A stretch of DNA of 64,000 bases from an uncultured Clostridium sp. (GTDB lineage: Bacteria; Bacillota; Clostridia; Clostridiales; Clostridiaceae). The stretch spans positions 2,281 through 66,280 of the forward strand of contig NZ_CAKVKB010000003.1 of assembly GCF_934754915.1 (NCBI RefSeq). The letters run 5' to 3'. The notes beneath the pieces were generated by a model. It was not told the origin of the DNA and made no database searches. It saw only the letters and a list, made by a program, of their open reading frames with translations. The stretch's first letter is position 1. Each line of letters begins with the position of its first letter. Made by a program: the position numbers and the translations under genes. This document shows positions 9,665 through 18,887 of the stretch, piece by piece.

Positions 9665-9772
9665 ATATATATTGCAGTTAATAATTTATTATATATTCCA
9701 ATTAACAATAAAGGATGAATTCTTTTAAAGATTTCTTCAATTATTATGCAAGTTTATTATTAGAACATATAT
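9665..9772 (+). repeat. intergenic repeat copy B (one-module form) preceded by a duplicated left-end fragment
   Basis: ATATATATTGCAGTTAATAATTTATT comes first, then ATATATTCCAATTAACAATAAAGGATGAATTCTTTTAAAGATTTCTTCAATTATTATGCAAGTTTATTATTAGAACATATAT. Confidence 0.8.
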
Positions 9773-9956
9773 GTTTTAATTTTGTAGTTTTGTTATATAA
9801 ATTCATACTTTAAGATATGGTTTTATAATATTAATTAACAAATTATAAACATTTCAGCATAATTTGTTTGAATGCTAAGATTGAATTTATTAGAAAGATT
9901 AAGATATATAATATAATTAAGATTTATTAACAATGACAATTAATAAGAGGTGCTAA

Positions 9957-11054
9957 ATGAGTAATTATAAAACAATGTATAAAGATAAGTTGAGCAAAAT
10001 GCTATTTCTTGAAGTGGATCAAGAAGGATTTAAGAAAAGTATACATATGCCTGAATATATTAAATTTAAAAATTCAGATCTCTATATTCCAATAAGTGCA
10101 GATTATGTTGCAAAAAATGCTAATAATGAACTTAGATTAAGTAATTTGCCTATATATTATTTTATTGAAGGAATGTTTACAGCTTTTGGTGCAGATCCTA
10201 ATATAAGATATATAGATGATTATGGTACAATATTGACATATATTCCAGATAGCGAGGAATGTGTAAAGAGTCTTATTGCAGATAAAATAAAACAAGATAA
10301 ATTAGATGATGCCTATATTCTTTTAAAAGGTCTTTATAGATATTGTGAAGAAGAGGATATAATGATTAAACTTTTGAGTGTAGGTGAAGCTATAAGAGAA
10401 AAGGATTCTGGATTTACTGAATCATTAAGTGAAGATATAGAGGTATGCAAAGAAAAATTCTTTAAGTGTCCAGAACCTCATTTATATAATGCACTTATTT
10501 TAAAAGACGATGGAGATTTTAAAGGTGCAGAAGTAGAGATTCATGAATATATAAATAAAGGCGGTAAAGTTAATTCTGAAATAGAAGGAATCGTGAAGGA
10601 TGTTGAGAATATAAGTACATATGAAAAAGCAGTGGAACTTGTGAAAGATAATCCTGAAAAAGCAATTGAACTTCTTGAACCACTGAGCAAGGAATTTTCA
10701 GAAAATCCATTGATATATTACTATCTTGGTGTATGTTATAGAAAAATTCAGCATTATAATAGAGCAATTCATTATTTAAATAAAAGTCTTTCTATAGAAT
10801 CTGGAATTTTAGAAGTAGTAAATGAACTTGGAATGAATTATGCATGTTTAAATGAATTTGAAGAAGCAATAAAATATTTTAAAAAGGCATTTGAAGCATC
10901 TAAAGAAGTTGAAATATGTACTAATATTGTAATGTGTTATTATAATTTAGGAGATATGGAACAAGCAAGGTTAAATCTAGATATTGCAAAAAAACTTGCT
11001 CCAGATGATGAAATAGTAATGGAGATTGATCAAATGCTAAATAGAGCCAAGTAG
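9957..11054 (+). CDS. TPR-repeat protein
   Basis: The C-terminal third carries TPR-like repeats (YYYLGVCYRKIQHYNRAIHYLNKSL, GMNYACLNEFEEAIKYFKKAFE). RBS is AAGAGGTG. Confidence 0.6.
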   Translation: MSNYKTMYKDKLSKMLFLEVDQEGFKKSIHMPEYIKFKNSDLYIPISADYVAKNANNELRLSNLPIYYFIEGMFTAFGADPNIRYIDDYGTILTYIPDSEECVKSLIADKIKQDKLDDAYILLKGLYRYCEEEDIMIKLLSVGEAIREKDSGFTESLSEDIEVCKEKFFKCPEPHLYNALILKDDGDFKGAEVEIHEYINKGGKVNSEIEGIVKDVENISTYEKAVELVKDNPEKAIELLEPLSKEFSENPLIYYYLGVCYRKIQHYNRAIHYLNKSLSIESGILEVVNELGMNYACLNEFEEAIKYFKKAFEASKEVEICTNIVMCYYNLGDMEQARLNLDIAKKLAPDDEIVMEIDQMLNRAK

Positions 11055-11086
11055 AAAATTTATAGATTAATAATGTGGGAGTAGGT

Positions 11087-11809
11087 ATGTTTACAAAAAT
11101 ACTTGAATTTAATGTCTTTAATAGAGATAAAAAAGCCCTTATGAATTATATTGAGGGTCTTAATAAAGTAAATATAATTTCAGGCAACCCAGAAATTCTT
11201 TTCAATGGAATGAATGATAAGGTATTGAAAAAAAGTTTCAATGATGAGGAAGCTTTAATAATACCTGATGGGGTTGGAACTGTAATAGCATCAAAATTAT
11301 TAGGAAATCCTGTACAGGAAAAAATAGCAGGTATAGATGTTGTAAAAGAAGTAATAATCAAAGCTGACAAGGAAAAGAAATCTGTGTATTTTATTGGAGC
11401 AAAAGAAGAAGTTGTTGAAAAATGCGTTGAAAATGTACAGAAAGATTATCCGAATTTAAAAATTGCAGGATATCATAATGGATATTTTGATATGAATAAT
11501 TGCGATGAAATAATAAAAAACATACAGGACAGTAAACCATGGGCTATATTCGTGGCAATGGGATCGCCAAGACAAGAAATATTCATAGATAAGATAAGAG
11601 ATATTGAGGATATAAAAATATTTATGGGTGTTGGAGGAGTTTTTGATATATTTGCAGGAAATCTTAAAAGAGCTCCTAAATGGATGATATCACTAGGACT
11701 TGAATGGCTTTATAGGGTAGTAAAGGAGCCGTTTAGAATAAAAAGACTGATTTCAATACCAAAATTTTTATTACTAGTTTTAAAAAATAAAAAAACAAGA
11801 AAGCAATAG
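11087..11809 (+). CDS. WecB/TagA/CpsF family glycosyltransferase
   Basis: Family motifs are present: IPDGVG, VYFIGAKEEV, VAMGSPRQE, GVGGVFD, LEWLYRVVKEPFRIKR. Start is ATG 11087 after GGGAG. Confidence 0.8.
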   Translation: MFTKILEFNVFNRDKKALMNYIEGLNKVNIISGNPEILFNGMNDKVLKKSFNDEEALIIPDGVGTVIASKLLGNPVQEKIAGIDVVKEVIIKADKEKKSVYFIGAKEEVVEKCVENVQKDYPNLKIAGYHNGYFDMNNCDEIIKNIQDSKPWAIFVAMGSPRQEIFIDKIRDIEDIKIFMGVGGVFDIFAGNLKRAPKWMISLGLEWLYRVVKEPFRIKRLISIPKFLLLVLKNKKTRKQ

Positions 11810-11820
11810 TATGGTGAAAA

Positions 11821-13368
11821 ATGAAGAAGGAAAGCAGTTTAATTAAATCTACATTTATAATAATGATAGTTTCTCTCTTGAGCAGGGCAATGGGCTTTAT
11901 AAGAGATATGCTTATTGCAGGCAGTTTTGGTGCTGGAATGTATACAGATGCTTATAACATAGCTGTCTCTGTTCCAGAAACGATTTTTACATTAATAGGT
12001 CTTGCAATTTCAACTGCTTTTCTTCCTATGTTAAGTAGTATAAGAGCTGAGAAAGGCCAAAATGATATGTATAATTTTGCGAATAATGTGATTAATATTC
12101 TTTTTATTGTATCATTAGTTTTTTTTATAGTGAGCAGCATTTTCGCAAAAGAAATAGTGCATATTCTGGCTGGCGGGTTTTCTGATGATGCATTAATTCT
12201 GGCAACGAAGCTTACAAGAATAACATTGCTGAATATTTTATTTTTGTCAGTAAATGCCTGCTTTACATCGCTCCTTCAGGTTAATGAAGATTTTATTATT
12301 CCATCTATTCTTGGATTGTTTTTTAATTTTCCTATGATAATTTATTTATTGATTTTTAAAGAATATGATATTGTAGGACTTACCATAGCTAATGTTATTG
12401 GTAATTTTTTAAGAGTTGTAGTTCAGGTTCCATCTCTTATGTCTCATAAATATAAATTTAAGTTTTTTATAAATTTAAAAGATAGGAAGCTTCATGAGAT
12501 ATTAATTTTAATAGTTCCAGTCATAATAGGAGCTGGAGCCAATTCATTAAACATGATTGTTGATAAGAAAATAGCATCTTCTCTTTCTGTAGGATCTATA
12601 TCAGCATTAGACTATGGACAGAAACTTATAATATTCATAAATACTATAATAACAACATCAATAGCAAATGTTGCATATCCAGTTATGGCTAATATGAGGA
12701 ATAATGGTGACCATGAAGGATTTGTTGAAACATTGAAAAAATCAATAGTTTATCTTGCAATCTTATTGATTCCAATTACTATTGGGATGTTAATATTTGG
12801 AAAACAAATAGTGCAGATTGTTTATGGAAGAGGACAATTTGATGAATATGCAGTAAAAATAACAACTGCGGCACTTATAGGTTATGGTTTTGGAATATTC
12901 TTTACAGGAATGAGAGACATATTAAATTCAACATTGTTTACTATGGGAAAGACTAAAATTACTACTTTTAATGGAATTGTAGGAGTAGTTGTAAACATAT
13001 TTTTGAATATTATACTTTCAAGATATTTTGGAGTTTTTGGAATAGCAGTTTCATCTGTTATTGCAATGATTGCAACTTCTCTTTTGCTTTTCAGAAGCAT
13101 AATAAGATTAGAATATAATTTTAAAATTAAAGATATCTTATATAAAATATCAATTATAATTTTTGATTCTGTATTTATGGGAATTGTTATTTTAGGAATT
13201 ATAAGATTATTGGGCAATAAAGTAAATGAGTTCACTTTATTAGTGGTTGGAACTGCATTAGGAAGTATATTTTATCTTATTTTAGGATATATTTTAAAAC
13301 TTCAAGAAATTATTGAATTGAGTAACATTATTTTAAATAAATTCAGAATAAGAAGAAGTAAAAGTTAA
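11821..13368 (+). CDS. murJ: lipid II flippase MurJ (MviN family)
   Basis: It is a 515-aa polytopic membrane protein. The N-terminus SRAMGFIRDMLIAGSFGAGMYTDAY is typical of MurJ. Confidence 0.8.
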   Translation: MKKESSLIKSTFIIMIVSLLSRAMGFIRDMLIAGSFGAGMYTDAYNIAVSVPETIFTLIGLAISTAFLPMLSSIRAEKGQNDMYNFANNVINILFIVSLVFFIVSSIFAKEIVHILAGGFSDDALILATKLTRITLLNILFLSVNACFTSLLQVNEDFIIPSILGLFFNFPMIIYLLIFKEYDIVGLTIANVIGNFLRVVVQVPSLMSHKYKFKFFINLKDRKLHEILILIVPVIIGAGANSLNMIVDKKIASSLSVGSISALDYGQKLIIFINTIITTSIANVAYPVMANMRNNGDHEGFVETLKKSIVYLAILLIPITIGMLIFGKQIVQIVYGRGQFDEYAVKITTAALIGYGFGIFFTGMRDILNSTLFTMGKTKITTFNGIVGVVVNIFLNIILSRYFGVFGIAVSSVIAMIATSLLLFRSIIRLEYNFKIKDILYKISIIIFDSVFMGIVILGIIRLLGNKVNEFTLLVVGTALGSIFYLILGYILKLQEIIELSNIILNKFRIRRSKS

Positions 13369-13389
13369 AGTTAAAGATAAGGAGGACAT

Positions 13390-14688
13390 ATGAAAATATT
13401 ATTTATCGCTTGCTACTCTCCACTTATCAATAATTCAGCTGCAATTGAAACGCTGCAGTATTTAAATAAGTTAAGTGAAATTGAAAAGAATGAAATTCAT
13501 CTTTTAACCGTTAATTTTCCTAAAGATTCAATTTATTATGATGAAGGATTATTAAATATGATGAATAAAGATATAAAACTACATCTTATTGATGGAGGAG
13601 TTTTATTTAAAAGACTAATGCCTAAAAAGTCCTTTAATAATGGCAGTATTATTAATACTAAAAATAATAGTAGTTCTTTAAAAAAAATCTTAAGAAAAAT
13701 AAAAAATTCTCTTGTTATTCCAGATATGTATTATGGATGGGCTAAGAAAGCAGGTTCTTATGGAAAGTTATTGATGAAAAAAGAAAAATTTGATGTTATT
13801 TTTTCTATGCATGAACCACCATCTTCTCATTTATGTGCATATGAAATAAAAAGCTGTTTTAAAGATGTCCCATGGATTACTTATTGGAGTGATCCGTGGC
13901 TTAAGGATTCAACAAGACAAAAAGCTTTAATATTTAAGAAAATAATTGAACAAAAGATGGAAAAGAAAATTATAAATATGGCAGATAGCTTTATTTTTGT
14001 CACAGATGCTAATAGAAAAGAATATGAAAAAGATTATGAGGAATTAAGAAATGGATTAAAAAAGACATTCATATTAAATAGGGGATTTGATTTAAAACTT
14101 TACAATAGATTATCTCTTGAAAAATCACCTGAATTTATAAAAAAGGGTAAAATTAATATGATATATACAGGTGAAATTTTTTCTAAACTTAGAGATATAA
14201 GGCCTTTCATTACTGCTTTGGAGGAAATAAAAGAAGAAAATTCTAATGTGTATAATATGCTTAATGTATTGTTTTTTGGGAATATTGATGACATAGAAGG
14301 AAAAAAGAGACTTGAAAATTTAGAAATAGCTAAAGTTTCAGGAAGAATTCCTTTCGATGAAGCTCTTAAGTATATGCTTAATGGAGAGATTTTACTTTTA
14401 TTTGGTAACAAAAATTCAAAACAGATTCCTGCAAAGATATATGATTATTTTGGTGCTGAGGGAAGAATTTTTGTTATATATGGTGATGAAAAGGATCCTA
14501 TAAAATCAGTTGTGGAAAACAATAAAAAATGTATTGTAACGCAAAATGAAGTGAAATTAATAAAAGAAAAAATTTATAATATGGTTGAACTGTTTGAAAA
14601 AAATCAACTAAAATGTCCGCCAGACTTAAATTATGAATGGAATTCTATAGTTGAAAGACTGAACAAAATTCTTTTAAATGAGGAGTGA
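13390..14688 (+). CDS. putative glycosyltransferase (GT-B fold), family unclear
   Basis: It has a GT4-like N-terminus (MKILFIA..) and a C-terminal IPAKIYDYFGAEGRIFV segment resembling the GT-B nucleotide-sugar site. Context places it between murJ and a GT4 gene. Confidence 0.5.
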   Translation: MKILFIACYSPLINNSAAIETLQYLNKLSEIEKNEIHLLTVNFPKDSIYYDEGLLNMMNKDIKLHLIDGGVLFKRLMPKKSFNNGSIINTKNNSSSLKKILRKIKNSLVIPDMYYGWAKKAGSYGKLLMKKEKFDVIFSMHEPPSSHLCAYEIKSCFKDVPWITYWSDPWLKDSTRQKALIFKKIIEQKMEKKIINMADSFIFVTDANRKEYEKDYEELRNGLKKTFILNRGFDLKLYNRLSLEKSPEFIKKGKINMIYTGEIFSKLRDIRPFITALEEIKEENSNVYNMLNVLFFGNIDDIEGKKRLENLEIAKVSGRIPFDEALKYMLNGEILLLFGNKNSKQIPAKIYDYFGAEGRIFVIYGDEKDPIKSVVENNKKCIVTQNEVKLIKEKIYNMVELFEKNQLKCPPDLNYEWNSIVERLNKILLNEE

Positions 14689-14692
14689 TGAA

Positions 14693-15847
14693 ATGCATAT
14701 AATGGTAATTCCTTCATGGTATGCAACATCAAGAAATAAGGTGCATGGAAGTTTTTTTAAGGAACAGTTTAAGGCTCTTTCAAATGCAGGTATTAAAATT
14801 ACAGTTGCATATAATGAAATATGGCCTATAACTATGCTTGGAAAAATAAAAGAAAGCAGGGGAATTCAGTTTGCAATTGAAGATGGATTGAAAACTTATA
14901 GATATAAAGATTATAATTATTTCCCTAAAAATCCTTTAATGTTTAAAAGCTTTAACAGAAGAATGGATAAAATATATAATGAGATAGTAAAAAGAGAAGG
15001 AAAGGTAGATATTATACATGCACATTCTGCTTTTTGGGGAGGAATATCTGCAAATTATATAAGTAAAAAACATAATATTCCATTAGTTTTAACAGAACAT
15101 TCTTCATTAAAATATGCAAAATATGCAAAGGAAAGTTATAAAAAATATATATATGAAGCTTATGATAATGCAGATGTTCTTATTGCAGTTGGAAATGGCT
15201 TAAAAAGAGAAATGGAAAATTATACACATAACAATATAAGAGTAATTCATAATATGGTTGATTTAAGTCGGTTTGGAAATGATAATAATAAGGAAATAAA
15301 AAAAGATGATGATACATTTAGTGTTTTTTCATGTGCATTTCTTGAAGAAGGAAAAGGAATGGAGAATCTAATAAAAGCTTTTTCAAAAGCCTTTAAAGAT
15401 AAAAAAGCTATTTTGAAAATTGGAGGAGATGGATCTCTAACTAAAAAGTTAAAAGAAATGATTAAAGAAGAACATATGGAAAATCAGATATATCTTTTGG
15501 GAGCACTTTCAAGAGATGAAGTGGCACAAGAGATGAAAATGTGTGATTCTTTTGTATTGGCTTCAGAACATGAGACATTTGGAGTTGTATATATTGAGGC
15601 AATGGCATGTGGCAAGCCTGTAATTGGAACTTATAATGGAGGGGCAGAGGATATAATAAGAGATTATAACGGAATTATAATTGAAAAGGATAATGTAGAA
15701 AAACTAAAAAATGCACTTATAGAAATGAGTCGTGATTATAAAACTTATGATAAAAACGAAATAAAAGAGAAAACAATTCTTAGCTATTCAGAAAAAGTGT
15801 TAGTTGAAAAGCTAAAAGGAGTGTATAAAGAAATAAATGAAAGATAA
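14693..15847 (+). CDS. glycosyltransferase family 4 (group 1)
   Basis: An E-x7-E type motif is present (SEHETFGVVYIEAMACGKPVIG). Start is ATG 14693, 7 nt after AGGAG. Confidence 0.8.
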   Translation: MHIMVIPSWYATSRNKVHGSFFKEQFKALSNAGIKITVAYNEIWPITMLGKIKESRGIQFAIEDGLKTYRYKDYNYFPKNPLMFKSFNRRMDKIYNEIVKREGKVDIIHAHSAFWGGISANYISKKHNIPLVLTEHSSLKYAKYAKESYKKYIYEAYDNADVLIAVGNGLKREMENYTHNNIRVIHNMVDLSRFGNDNNKEIKKDDDTFSVFSCAFLEEGKGMENLIKAFSKAFKDKKAILKIGGDGSLTKKLKEMIKEEHMENQIYLLGALSRDEVAQEMKMCDSFVLASEHETFGVVYIEAMACGKPVIGTYNGGAEDIIRDYNGIIIEKDNVEKLKNALIEMSRDYKTYDKNEIKEKTILSYSEKVLVEKLKGVYKEINER

Positions 15848-17063
15848 ATTAAAACAGATATATGATATTATAGATAATAAATTTTACTTCAGATTATTTT
15901 ATTTATTTGTAAGCTTAAGTGTGGTAACAGTACTTAAGGTTATTCCAGGAATAAATCTTTTAAGCAGGATTGCCTTAATATGGGGGATATTATTAATATT
16001 ATTTATGGCAATAAATGATTATAAGAAAAGAAAAATATACGGATTTGATATACCTATTGGAATTTTTGTGATAGTTACTCTTTTATTTAATCTTTTTGTC
16101 TATAGAGGAAGTGAAAATTTAAAAATATGGATTTTTAATCTTGTATTATTCATAAGTATATTTACTGTTGATGTGTTTAGAAATAAAAAAGTTTTAATAA
16201 AGGAAATGAATATAACAACTCATTTTTATGCTGTATTCATGTTTGCTGCTTCTCTTATTTCTATTATTATGAAAATATTTAATAAATCATTTACAGTAGG
16301 AGAATACATTTTTGAAGGAAGTAAAGGCGGAATTTTTGAAAATCCAAATGCAATTTCTATTGCAGCAGCAATTGCAATAGTAATGTCAATATATATTCAT
16401 CACATGACAAAAAATTTTAGACTTAAGATATTCTGGTGTATTAATATTGCCATTCAAGGGATTACAATGATTTTATTTAATGGACGCAGTTCATATCTTG
16501 TTGTAATAGCTGTAGTATATTGTTTTGCTTTTATATACAGCAATAATAAATATATAAGAGCAGTTCTTTTGATAATTCCAATAATAGCATGTACTGCTGC
16601 CATAAATATAGAAGGAAATCATATAAGGGATTTTACAAGTGGGAGAACAAGTCTCTGGGAATCAGCATCTATAGTAATAAAAGATAATCCAGTAACTGGA
16701 GTAGGATATAATGAAATGGTTGATGCAGTTACAAATGCAAGGGAAACTGAAGATCTTCCAGGATTATCAACTGGACGTCTTCATAATATATATGTTGAAA
16801 TTGCAACTGTAAATGGAATTATATCATTGATGATGATTTTAATATTTATAATTCTATTGTTTATTTTTATAATAAATCATATTGATCATATGAGGAAAAG
16901 AGAAAAATTTGATATGACGGTACTGACATCGATGATACTTGGAATAGCAGCTGTCAATTTATTTGAAAGTACATTGATTTATATATTGAGCTTTATTTCC
17001 ATGATATTTTGGATATACTCAGGATATTTAGTGTCCATTATAGGAAATAGAAATATAGAATAA
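15837..17063 (+). CDS. O-antigen ligase / polymerase (Wzy_C) family membrane protein
   Basis: It has about 10 TM segments and a periplasmic-type loop ...GRTSLWE..NPVTGVGYN...RLHNIYVEIATVNG typical of O-antigen ligase-like proteins. Confidence 0.7.
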   Translation: MKDKLKQIYDIIDNKFYFRLFYLFVSLSVVTVLKVIPGINLLSRIALIWGILLILFMAINDYKKRKIYGFDIPIGIFVIVTLLFNLFVYRGSENLKIWIFNLVLFISIFTVDVFRNKKVLIKEMNITTHFYAVFMFAASLISIIMKIFNKSFTVGEYIFEGSKGGIFENPNAISIAAAIAIVMSIYIHHMTKNFRLKIFWCINIAIQGITMILFNGRSSYLVVIAVVYCFAFIYSNNKYIRAVLLIIPIIACTAAINIEGNHIRDFTSGRTSLWESASIVIKDNPVTGVGYNEMVDAVTNARETEDLPGLSTGRLHNIYVEIATVNGIISLMMILIFIILLFIFIINHIDHMRKREKFDMTVLTSMILGIAAVNLFESTLIYILSFISMIFWIYSGYLVSIIGNRNIE

Positions 17064-17093
17064 TATTTATAAGGTTATTAAGGAGAGTGTATA

Positions 17094-17735
17094 ATGAAGT
17101 TTTGTGATGATACTATTAAAAAGTTTATAGAAGATTTAGAAAGTGATATGCCAGCACCAGGAGGCGGAAGTGTTGCAGGACTTATAGCAGCATTATCTGG
17201 AGCATTGAATTCAATGGTTTACTCATTGACTGTAGGAAAAAAGAGCTATATGTCATTAAATGAAAAAACACAGAATATGATAATAGATTTTCAGAAAAAG
17301 AGTATTGAATTTTCAAAGAAAAGTCTTGAAATTATGGATGAAGATAGAGAAAATTTTTTAAAGCTTATGGATTGTTATAAGATGCCTAAAGATACTGATG
17401 AAGAAAAGGAAAATAGAAAAAAGGCAATAAGGGACAATACAATAAAGTCTATGGAAGCACCATTAGCTTTAGCAAGAGAATGTATTGGATTTTATGACAA
17501 TCTTAAAATTATGGCTGAGTATGGAAATAAAATGCTCTTATCTGATCTTGGAATATCTGCAATACTTCTTCATAGTGCAGTTGAAAGTTCTATTGTAAAT
17601 GTTAAAGTTAACCTTAAGGCATTAAAAAATGAAGAATTTTTTGAAGATCTGGATAAGGAAATAAAAAATATTTTAGAAATATCTCTTATAGAAAGAAATA
17701 AAATTTCTGAAATAGTTGAAAAAGTAATTTACTAG
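17094..17735 (+). CDS. cyclodeaminase/cyclohydrolase family protein (FTCD C-terminal-like)
   Basis: The PAPGGGSVAGLIAALSGAL motif is characteristic of the formiminotransferase-cyclodeaminase C-domain family. Confidence 0.75.
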   Translation: MKFCDDTIKKFIEDLESDMPAPGGGSVAGLIAALSGALNSMVYSLTVGKKSYMSLNEKTQNMIIDFQKKSIEFSKKSLEIMDEDRENFLKLMDCYKMPKDTDEEKENRKKAIRDNTIKSMEAPLALARECIGFYDNLKIMAEYGNKMLLSDLGISAILLHSAVESSIVNVKVNLKALKNEEFFEDLDKEIKNILEISLIERNKISEIVEKVIY

Positions 17736-17751
17736 TATATTTATTATGTAA

Positions 17752-17789
17752 AGAAGAGATTCTTAAAGTGAAAATAAAGAATCTCTTCT
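17752..17789. terminator. 13-bp perfect hairpin between convergent genes
   Basis: AGAAGAGATTCTT-12 nt-AAGAATCTCTTCT. The flanking U-runs are weak in both directions. Confidence 0.65.
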
Positions 17790-17795
17790 AAAATT

Positions 17796-17936
17796 TTATT
17801 CTATTGGATTTCCATCGAAGTTGTTATATTGAGGTTTATTTTTTGCATTACCTACATTATCTTGATTTTTATGAAGTCTCTGTCGTCTTTCTCCTTTCTG
17901 CATAGGATTAGAACTACCAGCTTTGTTTGTTGCCAT
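17796..17936 (-). CDS. small hydrophilic protein, 46 aa (MATNKAGSSNPMQKGERRQRLHKNQDNVGNAKNKPQYNNFDGNPIE)
   Basis: The ATG is preceded by GGAAGGTG at good spacing, and the ORF ends 7 nt before the hairpin at 17752..17789. It is absent from the ORF track. The overlapping + ORF 17829..18017 has no RBS. Confidence 0.5.
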   Translation of the reverse strand: MATNKAGSSNPMQKGERRQRLHKNQDNVGNAKNKPQYNNFDGNPIE

Positions 17937-18099
17937 AAGTATACACCTTCCTTTCAGATTTATTTTATGTTCAGATTAAAAAATAATACATTTAAACTTT
18001 TACAAGGTAAATATTGAAAAAGATAGTGTGCTTAGGATATAATGATTAAGGGGATTAAACATATTTTAATTAAACTAAAGAGATTGGAGAGAAAGGATT

Positions 18100-18603
18100 A
18101 TGGAAGAAAACAAATATCCTATTATAATAAAAAAGAAAAATAGTCTTATGATTTCAGCAGTAGTAGTAGAATTTGTAATAGCATTAGTTTATGCAATTAC
18201 TCAAGGAGTTACAAATCCGCTTTTTATATGTTTTCTGTTTGTTGCTATAGTAACAGCTCTTGCTGTATGGGTAGAATATAGCAGAGATATTTATTTGAAA
18301 GAAAATAAAATGGAATTTTATCAAAATAAAAATTTGATAAAGAAGATAAAATATAGTTCAATTGACTCATTAAGCATAGACAATGATCCAAAAGAAAAGA
18401 ATAAAAAGAAGGAATTTTTTACTGTTACATATAGAGAGACAAGCAATAAAAAGAAGAATAATAGAAATGACAAGGTGGATAAGTATTATATAAGTCCTAG
18501 TTATTATTCAGGAGAAGATTTTAAAGTTATCAAAAACACAATTAAATCTAAGAATTCAAATGTTAAAATTGATGAAAGTGTAACCAAGTACATTAAAGAA
18601 TAG
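18100..18603 (+). CDS. hypothetical membrane protein (two TM segments, K/N-rich tail)
   Basis: RBS is GGAGAGAAAGG. A hydrophobic hairpin spans residues about 17-60. No recognisable motif. Confidence 0.5.
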   Translation: MEENKYPIIIKKKNSLMISAVVVEFVIALVYAITQGVTNPLFICFLFVAIVTALAVWVEYSRDIYLKENKMEFYQNKNLIKKIKYSSIDSLSIDNDPKEKNKKKEFFTVTYRETSNKKKNNRNDKVDKYYISPSYYSGEDFKVIKNTIKSKNSNVKIDESVTKYIKE

Positions 18604-18704
18604 GTGTAATAGCTGTCAGTGTAAAGAACAAATATATCTAATGGTGTTTTTTAATTGAAATATTAGGTATAATGTTAATTAATCTTTACAAGACAGCTAT
18701 TTAC

Positions 18705-18810
18705 ATATATATTACAATTAATAATGTATGATGGACAATCGACAATAAAGGATGAAATCTTTTCAAGATTTCTTTAATTATTATGTAATGTTAATCTTGA
18801 ATCATATATA
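18705..18810 (+). repeat. intergenic repeat copy C (multi-module form)
   Basis: ATATATATTACAATTAATAATGTATGATGGACAATCGACAATAAAGGATGAAATCTTTTCAAGATTTCTTTAATTATTATGTAATGTTAATCTTGAATCATATATA. Confidence 0.85.
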
Positions 18811-18887
18811 GGTTTCAAGATTAAAATTATTTTGAAAATTTACATGATAAAAACATCAAAGATTTAATCCTTAAATTCTAAATTGCA

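Noticed and set aside
17829-18017. A 62-aa plus-strand ORF listed in the track.
   Set aside because: It has no RBS and an odd, Cys/Phe-rich composition. It overlaps the better-supported minus-strand 46-aa ORF and that ORF's RBS.
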